DNA of 64,000 nt, taken from NCBI RefSeq assembly GCF_009914755.1, contig NC_060930.1, one strand, 5' to 3'. A program made the translations under genes and the position numbers. Shown here piece by piece: positions 45,112 through 58,890 of the stretch. The notes under the pieces were generated by a model. It saw only the letters and a list, made by a program, of their open reading frames with translations, was not told the origin of the DNA and searched no databases. The DNA comes from the human T2T-CHM13v2.0 reference genome, Homo sapiens. The number at the start of each line of letters is the position of its first letter. The first letter of the stretch is position 1.

Positions 45112-45324
45112 TTTACCTTAACAAATACCATTTAAGTAAAGTTATTATCTTGTTATTAATTCAGTTTTGGCCATGCAGGATATGAAAGTTTAGCAGTTAA
45201 AAGTACTGACTTTGCTAAGTTTCTAATGTGTGACTCTCACCACTCAGCTCTTCCACTTAAATTACTAGGATTGAGCACACAACCTATTGCAAGGAGATTA
45301 AAACCCAATATATTCCTCCATTGT

Positions 45325-45460
45325 ATGGATCTGCAATTTTTTTTCTCTAAAGAAGCAGATAGTAATTATTTTGGGCTTTGTGGGCCATCAGGTCTCTTGG
45401 ATTATTCAACTCTGCTCTTGTAGTATGAAAGCAAAGATTACACATAAATGCATAAGAATG
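45325..45460. mobile_element. MER58A fragment
   Basis: agatagtaattattttgggctttgtgggccat...attcaactctgctcttgtagtatgaaagca. Confidence 0.75.
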
Positions 45461-46098
45461 ATTGTTATATTGCTTTTCATCTATGTCTTTAATAAACCAC
45501 ACAGTGCTTTAAGCCCTTTATATGTAATAATGCAGCAACTTTTATAAAGTAGATATTGTCGTTATGCCTATTATAAGCAAGGTGACTGAGGCACAAGGAG
45601 GATAGTCTAGAAACATTCCATCTCTACATTATTCGTCAGAAACTTCGAGGAATGGCTGCCAGAAGCCCAAAATGCAATACTGGATTTAAGAAAGTACCTA
45701 AAAACATGTAAATCATGCATAGAATACCAACAACAAAAAGCACATGGGGAGCAAATAGATATGGCCCCTAAAATAAATCCATTCACATCTCTTAATTTGA
45801 AGAAGCAGGAGACTGAAATAAAGAGGGCTCCCAGAGCACTGAATTATGATATGAGAATGGTGTGGTAGAATTCAAAACAGACTGTGAGGTATAATTTTTG
45901 GAAAAATATGCATATGTTACATATCCTGTTGTGCAATTTTAGGTTAGGCTACATGGGACTACGTTGTACATACCAGCCTAAGTTCCTATTTAATAAATTC
46001 AAGTATTCCTAGTAGAAAAACTACATTTCCAGTTAGAAAAGTAATTTTGAGCAACACAATCAAAATGATGTAAACAAAAAGTAATACACAGAAGACCT

Positions 46099-46657
46099 GT
46101 CAAATGGTATTTCTGGTTCTAGATCCTTGAGGAATTGCCATATTGTCTTCCACAATGGTTGAACTAATTTACATTTCCAATAACACTGTAAAAGCATTCC
46201 TATTATTCTGCTATAAGGACACATGCACACATATGTTTATTTCAGCACTATTTACAATAGCAAAGACATGGAACCAAACCAAATGCCCATCAATGATAGG
46301 CTGGATAAAGAAAATGTGGTACATAAACACCATGAAATATTATGCAGCCATAAAAAGGAATGAGATCATGTCCTTTGTCCTTTGCAGGGACATAGATGAA
46401 GCTGAAAGCCATCATCCTTAGCAAACTAACACAGGAGCAGGAAACCAAACACCACATGTTTTCACTTATAAGTGGGAGTTGAACATTGAGAACACATGGA
46501 AACAGAGACCTGTTGGGGGTTGGTAGGTGAGGGGAGGGAACGTAGAGGATGGGTCAATAGGTGCAGCAAACCATCATGACAAACGTATACCTGTGTAACA
46601 AACCTTCACGTTCTGCACATGTATCCCATTTTTTTAGAAGAAATAAAGAGAAAAAAT
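46099..46657 (+). mobile_element. L1PA8-like 3' fragment with twin-priming inversion (minus 46099-46204)
   Basis: gggaacgtagaggatgggtcaataggtgcagcaaacc 3' UTR; inverted 5' piece; flanking ctgtca at both ends. Confidence 0.85.
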
Positions 46658-47170
46658 CTGTCATGAATACTAAAAGTATGGTCTCAAGCCACAATAAGCG
46701 AACCTCCAATTGTGGTTGGACAGTGAAGCCTCTCTACATCTAATTTTATTTTCATGTTTCATCAAAGCCTTAAAGCTTTGATCAGGGGCTTGCCTAATCT
46801 CTGGCTGAAAGCACCTCAACCCCTAATACCATGCAGATTTAGTCATTTCTCTGGGAGAATGAGAAAATAAACCAGGTATATGAAGAGTTAATATTCAAAA
46901 GAAAAGTTGAAAAATAAGGCAGTCATTTTTTTTTCAGGAGCAGAGCTATTGGAAGGTGAATAAAATATAAATGTATAACTTACGGATGTATAAACCCAAA
47001 CACGAGGCTTTAAAAAACAAATAAAGCAATCAGTCCTTTAGTAGTTCTTATTTAAAAAGTGAGAGAACATATCTACACCTCATTAAGAATATTAAAATAG
47101 AAATTTTATAATTTGATTATATGTGTTTTAAAAGACTGAAAATACAAGAGAATGATTAACAATTCTGTTC

Positions 47171-47303
47171 TAGTAGAATTGCAATCTAAACATGTACAAA
47201 AATTCACACAAATAAATTTATAGTGGTTGAAAACACCAATAACAAAATATAATTTATCAAAAAAAAATCAGAGAATTAACCTCCAAAAACACATTGAGCC
47301 TAA
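47171..47303 (+). repeat. Dispersed 133-bp direct repeat, copy 2
   Basis: tagta(a/g)aattgcaatctaaacatgtacaaaaattcacacaaataaattta...cacattgagcctaa. Confidence 0.95.
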
Positions 47304-47360
47304 ATTTTGATTCTTTAAAACCTGTGTAATCTGTACAATTTTGTTCATTATGTTCTAGAA

Positions 47361-50047
47361 CAGCTCCATTCAAGAGAAACAGAATATTTCACATGCGATT
47401 TTAAATTTTCTAGTCATCACATTTTAAAAAATAAAGCAAGTAATATTCATTTTAATAATATGTAATGTACCTCAATATATCCAAAATAAAATTATCATAA
47501 CACATTATCAATATAAAACATTATTAACATTATATTTTAAATTTTGTTTATACTAAGTTTTTGAAAACCAAAGTGGTAAAGTGCATACAGGCATATCCTG
47601 GAGCTATTGCAGGTAGGTTTCCAGATCACTACAATAAAGTCAATATCAATCTGAAGCAAGTCACACAAATGTTTTGGCTTCCCAATGCATATGAAAGTTA
47701 TGTTTACACTATATTATAATCTATTAAGTGTGCAATAACTTCATATCTGAGGAAAACAATGTACATGCCTTAATTTGCAAATACTCTATTGCCAGAAAAT
47801 GCTAACAATCATCCATGCTTTCAGCAAATCCTAATATTTTTGCTGATGGAATTCTTTCCTCAATGTTCATGGTCACTGATGGATCAGGGTGGTGGTTGCT
47901 AAAGATTGGAGAAGCTGTGATAATTTCTTAAAATAAGACAACAAGCTTTCATTTCATGAAATATTTCTCTGTAGCATGCAATGCCATTTGAGAGCATTTT
48001 GCCCACAATAGAACTTTTTTCAGAATTAAAGTTGGTCCTCGCAAACCCTGCACTTGGTTTTACCAACCAAATTTATGTAATATTCTAAATCTTTTGTTGT
48101 AACTTCAACAATGTTCACAGCATCCTCACCAGGAGTAGATTATATTTGAAGAAACCACTTTCTTTGCTCATTCGTAAGAAACAATCTTCATCCATTAAAG
48201 TTGTATCACGAAATGGCAGCAATTCATTCACCTCTTTAGGCTCCACTTTTCATTCTAGTGTTCTTGCTATTTCCACTACATTTGCAGTTGCTTCTTCTAC
48301 TGTTGTTTTAAACCACTCAAAGTCACCCATGAAGGTTGGAATTACTACCTCCAAATTCCTGTTATTGTTGACATTTTGATCTCCTCTAATGAATCACAAA
48401 TATTCTTAATGGCATCTAGAATGGTGAATTCTTTCCAGAAAGCTTTCAATTGACTTTGCTTAGATCCATCAGAGGAATCACTGTCTATGGAAGCTATAGC
48501 CTTACAAAAAGCATTTCTTAAATAAAAAGACTTGAAAGTAAAAATATTCTTTTATTGGTGGGCTACAAAAGGGATGCCATGTTAGCAGTTATGAAAACAA
48601 TATTTATCTCCTTGTATAACTCCATCAGATCTCTTGGGTGATCAGTTGCATTGTCACTGAGCAGTAATATCTTGAAAGGAATATTTTTTTTTTCCTGAGC
48701 AGCAGGTCACAATGGTGGGCTTAAAATATTCACTAAACTATGCTGTAAACAGGTGTGTGGTCATTCAGACTTTGTTCATCCATTTCTAGAGGGCAGGCAG
48801 AGTAAATTTAGCATCTTTCTTAAGGAACCTAGGATTTTTGGAATGGAAGATGAGCATTGGCTTCAACTAAAATTCACCAGCTGCATTAACCCCTAGCAAG
48901 AGAAGCAGTCTGTTCTTTGAAGGTTTAAAGTCAGCATTGACTTTTCCTCTCTAGCTGTGAAAGTCCTAGGTGGCACTATCTTCTGATACTAGGCTGTTTT
49001 TTTTTCACATTGAAAATATGTTGTTTGGTATAACAACCTTCATCAATAATCTTAGCTAGATCAGGAATTCCTGCTTCACATTGCACTATTATGTTATGGA
49101 AGTAGCTTTTTTCCATAAATTTCATGAGTCTATCTCTGCTAGATTCAAACTTTTCTTCTATACCTTCCTCACCTCTCTCAGCCTTTATAGATTGAAGAGA
49201 GCTAGAGTCTTGCTCTGGATTAGGTTTTGGCTTGAGGAAATGTTGTGGCTGGTTTGGTCTTCTATTCAGACCACTAACATTTTCTTCATATCAACAATAA
49301 GGCTCTTTAGGTTTCTTAACTTTCATGTACTTACTATAGTAGCACTCTTAATTTCCTTCAAGAATTGTTCCTTTGCATTCACAACTTGGCTAACTGTTAG
49401 GAGCACAAGGCCTAGCTTCTGGGCTATCTGAGCTTTCCACATGATTTCCTCATTAAGCTTCTTTCTACAAACATACATGTCTCATTTGAATTGAGAGATG
49501 TGTGACTTTTCCTTTCACTGAAACACTTAGAGGCCATTGTAGGGCTATTAATTGGTCTAATTTCAATATTGTTGTGTTTCAGGGACTGTGGAGACATGAG
49601 AAGAGGGGGAGAGAAAGCAGAACGGTCAGTTGGAAGCAATCAGAACCACACGACATTTATCTACTAAGTTTTCCGTATTATATCGATGCAGTTGGTGGTG
49701 TTCCAAAGCAATTACAATAGTAACATCAAAGATCAATGATCACAGAGCCCCATGTAGATATAACAATAAAAAAGTTTGAAATATTGTGAGAATTACCAAA
49801 AGGTGACAGAGACACAAAGTGAGCACATGGTGTTAGAAAAACTGGTGCTGATAGATCGGCTTGACTCAGGATTGCCACAAACTTTCAATTTGTAGAAATT
49901 GAAGTATCTGTGAAGCACATTACAGCAAGGCACAAGAAAACAATGTATGTCTGTATTTTATGCTTATAGCATATTTAACTTTGAAATAACTAAATTTCAA
50001 GTGCTCAATAGCCACATGGCTTGTGGTTCTATACTGAGTAGCACATT
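47361..50047 (+). mobile_element. MER33 (hAT-Charlie) split by Tigger1
   Basis: ttttaaattttctagtcatcacatt...caatatatccaaaata before the Tigger1, and tttcaagtgctcaatagccacat after it. Confidence 0.8.
47588..49953 (-). mobile_element. Near full-length Tigger1 (TcMar/pogo DNA transposon), transposase decayed
   Basis: TIR-like ends caggcata... and ...tatgtctg, TA duplications at 47586-47587 and 49954-49955, 2366 bp; minus ORF 49424..49639 contains MASKCFSERKSHTSL (Tigger1/TIGD1-type N-terminus). Confidence 0.92.
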
Positions 50048-50329
50048 TTTAGAGCATGGAAAATAAATAAAGCTTCCAATCTAATCTCAAGAAGTTATTG
50101 TAACTTGATACAAATACTTACAATGTACCATATTTAATTCTAGTCCCATGACTGACTAAAGTTGGAAGAATCTTAAAAGAAATATGAGCAATTACATTTT
50201 ATTAGTATTGACATGTAGCAATAAACAGAACCAAATTGGATCCACTTTAATACTGAAAATTTTAGAAAATCTGTGAATATAGTAAGTTACATTCATACTC
50301 AATAGGAAAGAAATTTAATAAGAAAAATA

Positions 50330-51135
50330 CACTTCACATAGAAAAAATGCAAATGCCCAATAAACATGCAAAGCTTTTATATCATCAATAAACATAAAAT
50401 TAAACAAAAAAACTGCTGCTACCTAATTGCCAGAGTGGCTGAAATAAACATCTGTGACCCACAGAGTAATGTGTTCATATGAAGCAACAGGAAATATCCT
50501 ACACATCTAACAGGAGGGTAAGTTGGAACAATCACTTTGGAAACAATGTGTTATCATTTAATAACATTTAACAAATACATAAATCAGGACCAAAAAGCCT
50601 CTCTCTATATAGAGAGACATATATATATATACATATATACACACATATGTATATATGTATGTTTATGTGTACATCCTACAAAGGAACAACAGACAAGTGC
50701 AAGAAAGCTTATGGTAGCATCATTCATAATAACTCCAAACTTAAAATTACCTAAATTCTGTCCATCATCATTATAACATATATATAATTTTGATATGTTC
50801 ATTCAGTCAAAAAGCACATGACAATAGAAATAATTGCTAAAACTAAACACAACATGATCACACAAACATCCTATAAATAGAAAAAGGATAAAGAGAATAG
50901 AGAATATACTGCATAATCCTCACCCACATAAAAATTAAATGAGGGAAAACAAAACTAAAATTTAAAAATTCAGATTGGTTTTTATCGTTGGGGCATATTT
51001 ACTGAGAAGGGGGAGGAGTAAATATCTGAGAACGCTGGCAACATTTTATTTCTTGATCTATGTCACATGTATGTGGGATTTTGCTTTGTGAGAATTTTGT
51101 ATTCAAAATGTTAAATTATTCAATTTAAAAATACA
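50330..51135 (+). mobile_element. Ancient L1ME-type 3' fragment containing a TA-rich microsatellite
   Basis: aaatgcccaataaacatg, acaatcactttggaaac, attttatttcttgatct motifs. Confidence 0.6.
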
Positions 51136-51261
51136 TGTAATTAAACCATGCATAAAATTAAAAGGCAGGTAATTTGTTAAAATGTAATGTGTGTGATGGG
51201 CAGATGTTCTTCAGTGTTTTTAGCTGTTTGCTTGTGTCACTGGGAGTCAAATGTTAGCCAA

Positions 51262-51430
51262 TGTCAGAATCACAGGGTCAGCTTTTTAGAACAGATCCTG
51301 GGACCTAGCTTCCAAAACTTCTGATTCAGCGGGTCTACATTAGGTATCATAAATTGAGAATTTTTATTGCCATGTTCCCAGGTGATTCTGATGCTGCTGA
51401 TACAGAACCACACATTATAAACCTCTGGCT
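51262..51430. mobile_element. MER5A
   Basis: tcagaatcac...ttctgattcag...ttcccaggtgattctgatgctgctg. Confidence 0.75.
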
Positions 51431-53794
51431 TTTGCTATGCCCATTGAAATATACTTCCCTCCATCCTCACAGTCACCTAGCTAACCCACTTTTACATTCA
51501 CCCTAGGCCCAACTCAAGCAAGGCCACATAATTAGGTTACCCTCTCCTCCCAAACCTACTATTATCTTCAGGGAGCCCGCTTCTATTCTTTCATAATATT
51601 TTCCTGAGAAATTTACTTAAGATATTTTATCTCTCTGTCTAGTCTTCTAATTGCCCCGCTATAAGTGACATTCTCTAGGGTTTACTTTATCCCTGAGAGT
51701 GTTTATTTAATTATATTTGTTGAATAAATAAATCCCATCCATTGACTTTTCAATTCCTTTCAGTTGTCAATTTCTCTTTTAGGTTCCTATGTGTCTTGCC
51801 TTTAGCCCCCTATTTCAAAGTCTAACTTTAATCCTAGCTTTCTTGGGAACACCTTCCTTCCAGGTTTCTAAGGTGTAATGAATTTAACGTGAAATTTGTG
51901 TCCTGGCAGCCTCCTTCATCATTAACTCAGCCAAAGACTGCCAACATTTTTCTATACATTCGAAGTTTTACTTGCTTCTTTCTTGGTAGGGTGCACTGTC
52001 CTTCTTACTAAGTTGCCAGAAGATTAACAATCCATAATCTCCCTTTCATTATGTTCCCTAGCAATTTTATTTCTATTTTTTTCTTTCTTTTCCTCATATA
52101 ACCTTGCTCTTAAGATTTTTCTGATGGTCTGTGAATTATCTTATTATTTTCTTTAGTCTTACTCTCCACAAAAATACTTTATGGAAAATGAATATTTATC
52201 CTATGTCCTTCACTTTGTGGCTTTGGAAATAATGCTTCCTTTGTTACTTCCTTTCTCTCTTCCTTTCACGGCCATTGAAACCTATTTTTAATACACAGTA
52301 TTAAATAAATGCATTCATCCTCTTGTGCTTGAAAATATATTACAGATTTTCCATGTTTAATGAAAGGCATCTGTTTTATATTACATCAAATCTAACTCAT
52401 TTTACCAATCAGTACACAATTATATTTTTAAGAAGTGAGGTTTTGAGAGTAGGTATCCTAAGTTTATAAATGCTTTGGTATTTTGCTGCTACCTCAGAAA
52501 TATTTAAATATTCTGGTATCCAGATGATGTGTGTTACATTAACTGAGGCATGTACCGGTTAATGGATCTCTCACCTCTGTCTGAAGATGGAAGAAATAGT
52601 ATGCCTTCAATAACCCTCAAACCTAGAAGCTATTATTAATAAAAAGCAGGGAGATTTTCTCTGCATTCCAACCTCAAGTGCATATGAACTATTACTCTAT
52701 ATTTTCTGCCCAAATGAAATTTACTCCGGGAAGGCAAATAATAAATGAAGCTAGAGATTGTTTTTCTTGTTTGGTGTCTCTGTGTCTAAGGGTGTTATTG
52801 CAGACATTTATAATGAATAAAAATTGAATGGCTAATATAATTATATGTGCAATTCAGTACCAAAGCGCTCCTTTGACCAACTATCTTGGTCAGCTGAAAA
52901 GCCTTTAGCTGTATAAATGTATATTTGATTACAAAGGTAATGTTGAATATTGTGGTTAGTTATTCTTTCAACAGGGAAGGAAAATATTATTTTTGTATAT
53001 GAATAATGACGGTAAAGGGTACATTAAAATACTTGAATTACAAACTAATCTGTCTCTAGATGTGTTCTCCATGATCATGAAGAGAATTAATATAGTCAAT
53101 TTTAAATAGATATAGTAAACGTGCAAAACAAGTAAAATTTGGAAATGTGTTTTCTGGTTCAAGACTGTGGCTTCCATATACACTTGTTTTCTTTATGTTT
53201 TTAGAGCATATTAAAATGGTACCATTAAATTACTCACATATTGAGGAAAGCTAAAGAATCAATAGACTCAGATTGCAAAGAGGCTGAGTAGGTAATTTAA
53301 TTGTTTTTGCTTTTCATAATTGTTGGGGAGGCTATCTTGCTTTATAAAACAAGATTAACTTCAATAATATCTATGTGTTTTAGAGGTGAAAACAATGTCT
53401 AAAGCATTTATGTTAAACTTGGTTGGATTTGACTTCTTCTTATGAGGTTATCCTTCCATTAGAAATTTAAACAGTGAGCAGAGGCTAAGAATCCTTTTAT
53501 TACTCATAAAATTTTGGCTTTGATGGACAAGTGTTTATAGTTCATGGCGAGGGACCAGTCTTTTAAAGCATTTTCATCTTTGCCAAAGTCTCTTCCTGGA
53601 TTTAACTGGTCATCTCAGCAGGTATTGGAGCACTTTATGGCTTTATGATGACGAATTTTTTCTCTCTAGAAGTGATGGCAGAAATTTTAGGTGTTTTTCA
53701 GCTGTATTTATCCACCAAACTCAAGTGCATGTAACCAAACTGAAGACTACAGAACAAAGACTTCTTAATAAGTCAAACAGAAGAATTCCATTTT

Positions 53795-54087
53795 AAGTTT
53801 TAGAAAGAGGGTCTCACTCTGTCCCATAAGCTAGAGTGTAGTGGCACAATCATAGCCCACTGCAGCCTCAAACTCCTGGGCTAAGTGATCCCACAGCCTC
53901 ATCCTCAAAAGTATCTAAGACTAGAGGTGTATGCCACCTCACCCAGCTGATTTTTATTTTTGTATTTTTTGGAGGTGGGTTCTTGCTACGTTGCTTAGGC
54001 TGGTTTCAAACTTACGGCCTCAAGGGATCCTACCTTGGCCTCCTAAAGTGATGACATTACTTAAGGCATAAGCCACTACAGATAGCC
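53795..54087 (-). mobile_element. AluJ (diverged)
   Basis: gggtctcactctgtc...catagcccactgcagcctcaaactcctgggct. Confidence 0.9.
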
Positions 54088-56708
54088 AAAATTCTATTTT
54101 ATTATTATTAACTTTTCATTTCCTGTGCTGAAACAAATTGCTCTCCACCTGTTGTTGGCTACTAAATAAAATACAGGGGTAACCTTGCATTTAGTGGCTC
54201 TGATGTATGGATATACATAAATAAATATATTTTATTATTATCTTTAATGTCTAAAAAAACACTGAATGAATGAGATTGTCCCACTTTGGATAAGAGGCAA
54301 TGTGGTAAAATGTCTGCTAGACCTAAGCAGATTAATTTTCTGATCCTATATTCTTTGGAGCATGTTTTCCTAAATAAAGTTGCCTGCTGAATCACCTCCA
54401 CTTTTTAAATTGCCCTGTTCTTTTTGTCTATCAAAGCTGATTTTATAAAAGCTAATTAGGAAGAACAGAGATAATATGATGAATAAATCGTAGGGTTGTG
54501 AGACTTTTCTTTTACTATATACCCTTCTACACTATTTTCCTTTTTAATCATAGGCAAGGAATTTACAATACATATTGTAATGTAAAAATTTTGTTTTAGG
54601 AGTTTCAACAGATGTTAATAAGTTATAAACCTTAATTTAGTAATTTACATGACTAAATATGTAACATCTAAAAATGAATCTTTTGTTTACATACATGGAA
54701 ATGTTGTGGCTTGATTTAAACTTTATGGATTTTTAATTATTAGAAGTTCTTAATATTAATGTAGTTAAATACATAAATATTTTCTTTTAGGTTTAATTTT
54801 GGAATGTGTGTGTTGTATATCTGTATGTTTTTAAGGAAATATTTCCCATAGCGAAGCCATAGTCTTCTCTATTATAACCTTAAATAAAATTTGTAAAGTT
54901 TAGCCCCCTGAAGCTTTTTCTTTAAATGGTGTAGGGTAACCCTTACTCTAGTTCCACCTTCATAAGTAGTCTTGATATCTGCCAGGGGATTTCACTTCAC
55001 TTTTTCTTCAGGAGCATCATAGTTATTCTTTGGCCTTCCATTCAAATTTTGTAATCATTTTAGCACATTTCTTGGAAAATTCTTTTGGAATATTAATTAA
55101 AATTATAGATCAAGTTGAAAATTAATTGAGATGATGAAGAGTCTCCTTGTGCATGAATATGCTATTTCCCTCAATGCATTTACACGTTTAAATTTTTCAA
55201 AATACAGATATGCATTGACTATCTCATGTTAGATTTGTTTCATAGTTAATATGTATTTTTGGTTAATATTATAAAATATTTCTCTTTAAATTGTGTTTTC
55301 AATAGCCTATTAATGTAATTATAAACACATATTTTAAAAATAAATATGTACATAAAAAATAGAATTATTTTTTTCATTACAGGGGTAGAATAAGAATTAC
55401 TTCGAAGATAGGCAGCATATTTGAGTCAACATAAAATATGCTCTCATCAATTGCAGACATGCAACAGTAAAAGGGGCACCATTATGGTGTAGAAGTACCC
55501 CACTGAATGCTGAATTATATCATTCAGTATTAACTCACCATCTGTAATAAAAATTGCAAAAGAAATTCATACAGATTTGAAATAATCAAAATAGTATAAA
55601 ATGCAATATATGATTTATTATATTCAGGATATAATTCATGACATACTAAGGAGAGAAAGCAGGAGATTCAAAATTATATATTTAGGATGCTTCCACATAT
55701 AGATGATATCAAGAACATGATATATAATTACAAAAGTATACATGATACATTCTATGGTATGAAAGTACAAATAAAGAAAATTTCATTTTATTAGTAATAA
55801 AATGTAAATTTAAAATATTAACACGTTATACATAATAAGTGAAATTTGATGTTCAACTTAGCAAATATTTTTTTAATTTTTGGAATGATATCAACTACTG
55901 CTGGTGAGAGTGATGTACAATGGCCTCTTTTATACAGCAATAATGGAATTACAAACTTGCTCATCAATTCTCAAAGGGAATTTCTTAGTATGCTTATGTT
56001 CATTATTTTGAACATTGACCCAGTTATTCTATGTCTGAAAATTTATTCTAAAATACAAATATATACTCAAAGATCTAGATTTATATGACAGTATTTTTTA
56101 ATAAAAGCAATGTTAAAAAGTGAATATATACATAGAATGGTTAAATAAATACATTGAAATGATAAAAGGCTAAGTAGTCATTAAATTTCATAATAATTAC
56201 ATCAAACACTTGTATTGCGCTAATTATGTGCCAATCATTGCTATTCATTTTTACGTATATTAACTCATTTAAATATCACATATTTTTCTATGAAATAGTC
56301 ACTGTCATTAAACTCATTTTTTTTTTTAGCAATATTGAGGTTAAGTAACTATCCAAGCTGGAATTGTATGCCAAATCTATGCTGTTTTTTGATTCTCCTT
56401 CTTCTCAAGCCATTAACAGACAAGATAATGGACTGACCACTTCGACGCATAAAATTCTCCTTCCCTTAAACTCCACCCATGCCCTCAGGTCTTCAATAAA
56501 ATAATACAAAATATAGATAATCTTACATCATATTGGGAACTGAAAATCACTGAGGAATTTTTTTTAAATATAATGTAAGTTGGATCAAATTGCAGTAAAA
56601 CTATCAAAAACTGTCAAATGCATCAAAGAAACACTGTGCTTCATTGCTAATAAATCCCCCACATGAGGCACCAATATGAAATTGTGGCCTATAAATAAAA
56701 GATGTTCT

Positions 56709-57000
<292 letters not shown>

Positions 57001-57897
57001 TGTTCTGGCACAACACTTGTAGCAACAGTTAACTGGAAGAGAAATTACCAGGGGCCAGTGCATGGTGTGCAACTAGAAATATACTATGTGGAATCTCCCT
57101 TTAATAATCACTAATCCTCAAACGTATTATAAAGCCGCTTACTCTTCCAGCCTCTGGGATTCTTCCACTTGGATATAAAAAATTGAAACCAAAACAAAAC
57201 AAAACAGTGAGGCAGAGTTATTCAATTCATTTTCCAGCAGGCAAAGAAATGAAGCTAAATACTAACAGCTTCATTTCTTATAGCCTTATAGCTAAAGAGA
57301 AAGCTAAATACTAATATCTGAGCCCTACCATAGTGGCTTCATTGTCCGTATACAGTAGTATCAAGCACACTCTAATATCCTTACTTCATTGGTTCCAAAC
57401 CCAATTTGCTAATTTATGTTGGTAACACCAACCCTCCAGATTACACACTATAAACAAAGTGATATTGGGACTTGACTATACAATAAAACAAGCAAAAGAG
57501 AATAAAATGTATTATCTATGGAGAAACATTGAGAATGATTTTTTTTTTCTTATTTATGATGAGTTTCCAAAAACAGATACACAAATAATTTCAGGCTAAT
57601 GAAAATGTCTTGGAAAATAAATGAAGAAAATAACACTTGATAGAGAAGAGATACTTTTAATTATTGTAATGACAATAATAGTCAATGTTTTATAATAATA
57701 CTTTTAGTAATACTTTTAGTTTACTACGCCAAGCAGTGTTCCAATACCTTTACATGGATAGCTGTTTTAATCCTCATAATAACCTATCAGATAGTAGCAT
57801 TATTATTCCCATTACAGATTAGTGAAGCATAGGAAAGATGAGTAATTTGCTCAAATTCACACTGCTACAAATGATAAACTCTTGTGTCTGAACCAGG

Positions 57898-58890
57898 GGT
57901 TGAGAGGTAGAGCAAGATGGCAGAATAGAAGGCTCCATCAATCTTCCCCCCTCTTCAGGGACACAAAGTTAACAACTATCTACAAAGGAAAAACACGTCA
58001 CAATAACCAAAATCAGGTGAGCACTCATAGTATCCTTTTTTAACTTCATATCACTGAAAGAAGCACTGAACTCAGTGCTGTTCTGTTAGAGCAGAAAGAA
58101 AAACCAGACCGAACACCGAACTCATCTGACACCTGCCCACAAATGGAGCATTTAAACAACCCTAGCCAGAGGTGAACCACTAATCCCAGCAGTCCTGACT
58201 TGAGTGCCCACAAACCTCACACTGAGGTCCAAAATGCCGGTCTCTGAGTAAACTTGAAAGGCATAAGGCATAAGTTTCTAGGCCATAGGGACTGCAACTC
58301 ATAGGCAAGTCCTAGCACTGAACTAAGCTGATACAGTTGACTTGTGGGGAACGTGACATACAAAGACACCAGCTGGGGCAGCTAAGGGAATGCTGGCATT
58401 ACCCCTCCCCTAGACCCAGGCTAACCCTAACCCTTTCCTTCTGCTTGAGCAGAGGAGAGAAAAGAGTGGGGAGGACTTTATCTTGCATCTTTGATCTTGA
58501 TCAGCCACAGGATAGGACACTGGTCAGAGTCATGAGGCCCCTGTTCCAGGCCCTAGCTGCCAGATGGCATTTCTAGGCACATCCTGGGCCAGAAAGGAAC
58601 CTGCTGACTTGCAGGAAAGGATGCAGTCCTGGCAGCATTCATTACCTGCTAACTGAAGAGCCCTTGCGTCCTGAAAAACCAGCAGTAATACCCAGGTGCT
58701 ATGTGGAGGGCCTTGGGTGAGCCTCTGAGACTTGCTGTCCTCAGGTGAGATGCAGCACATTACCAACCTTGGTGGCCATGGGGGAAAAACATCCTTCTTG
58801 AGGAAAGCAGAGGAAAAAGAAGAGGGAACTTTGTCTTACACTTTAGATACGAGTACTGCCACAGTCAGGCAGAGCACCAAGTGGGCACTT
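57898..58890 (+). mobile_element. Isolated 5' UTR of an old L1 (L1PB/L1M1-2 type)
   Basis: gagcaagatggcagaatagaaggctcc start (YY1-like), GC-richer ~1 kb; no ORF1 follows. Confidence 0.7.
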
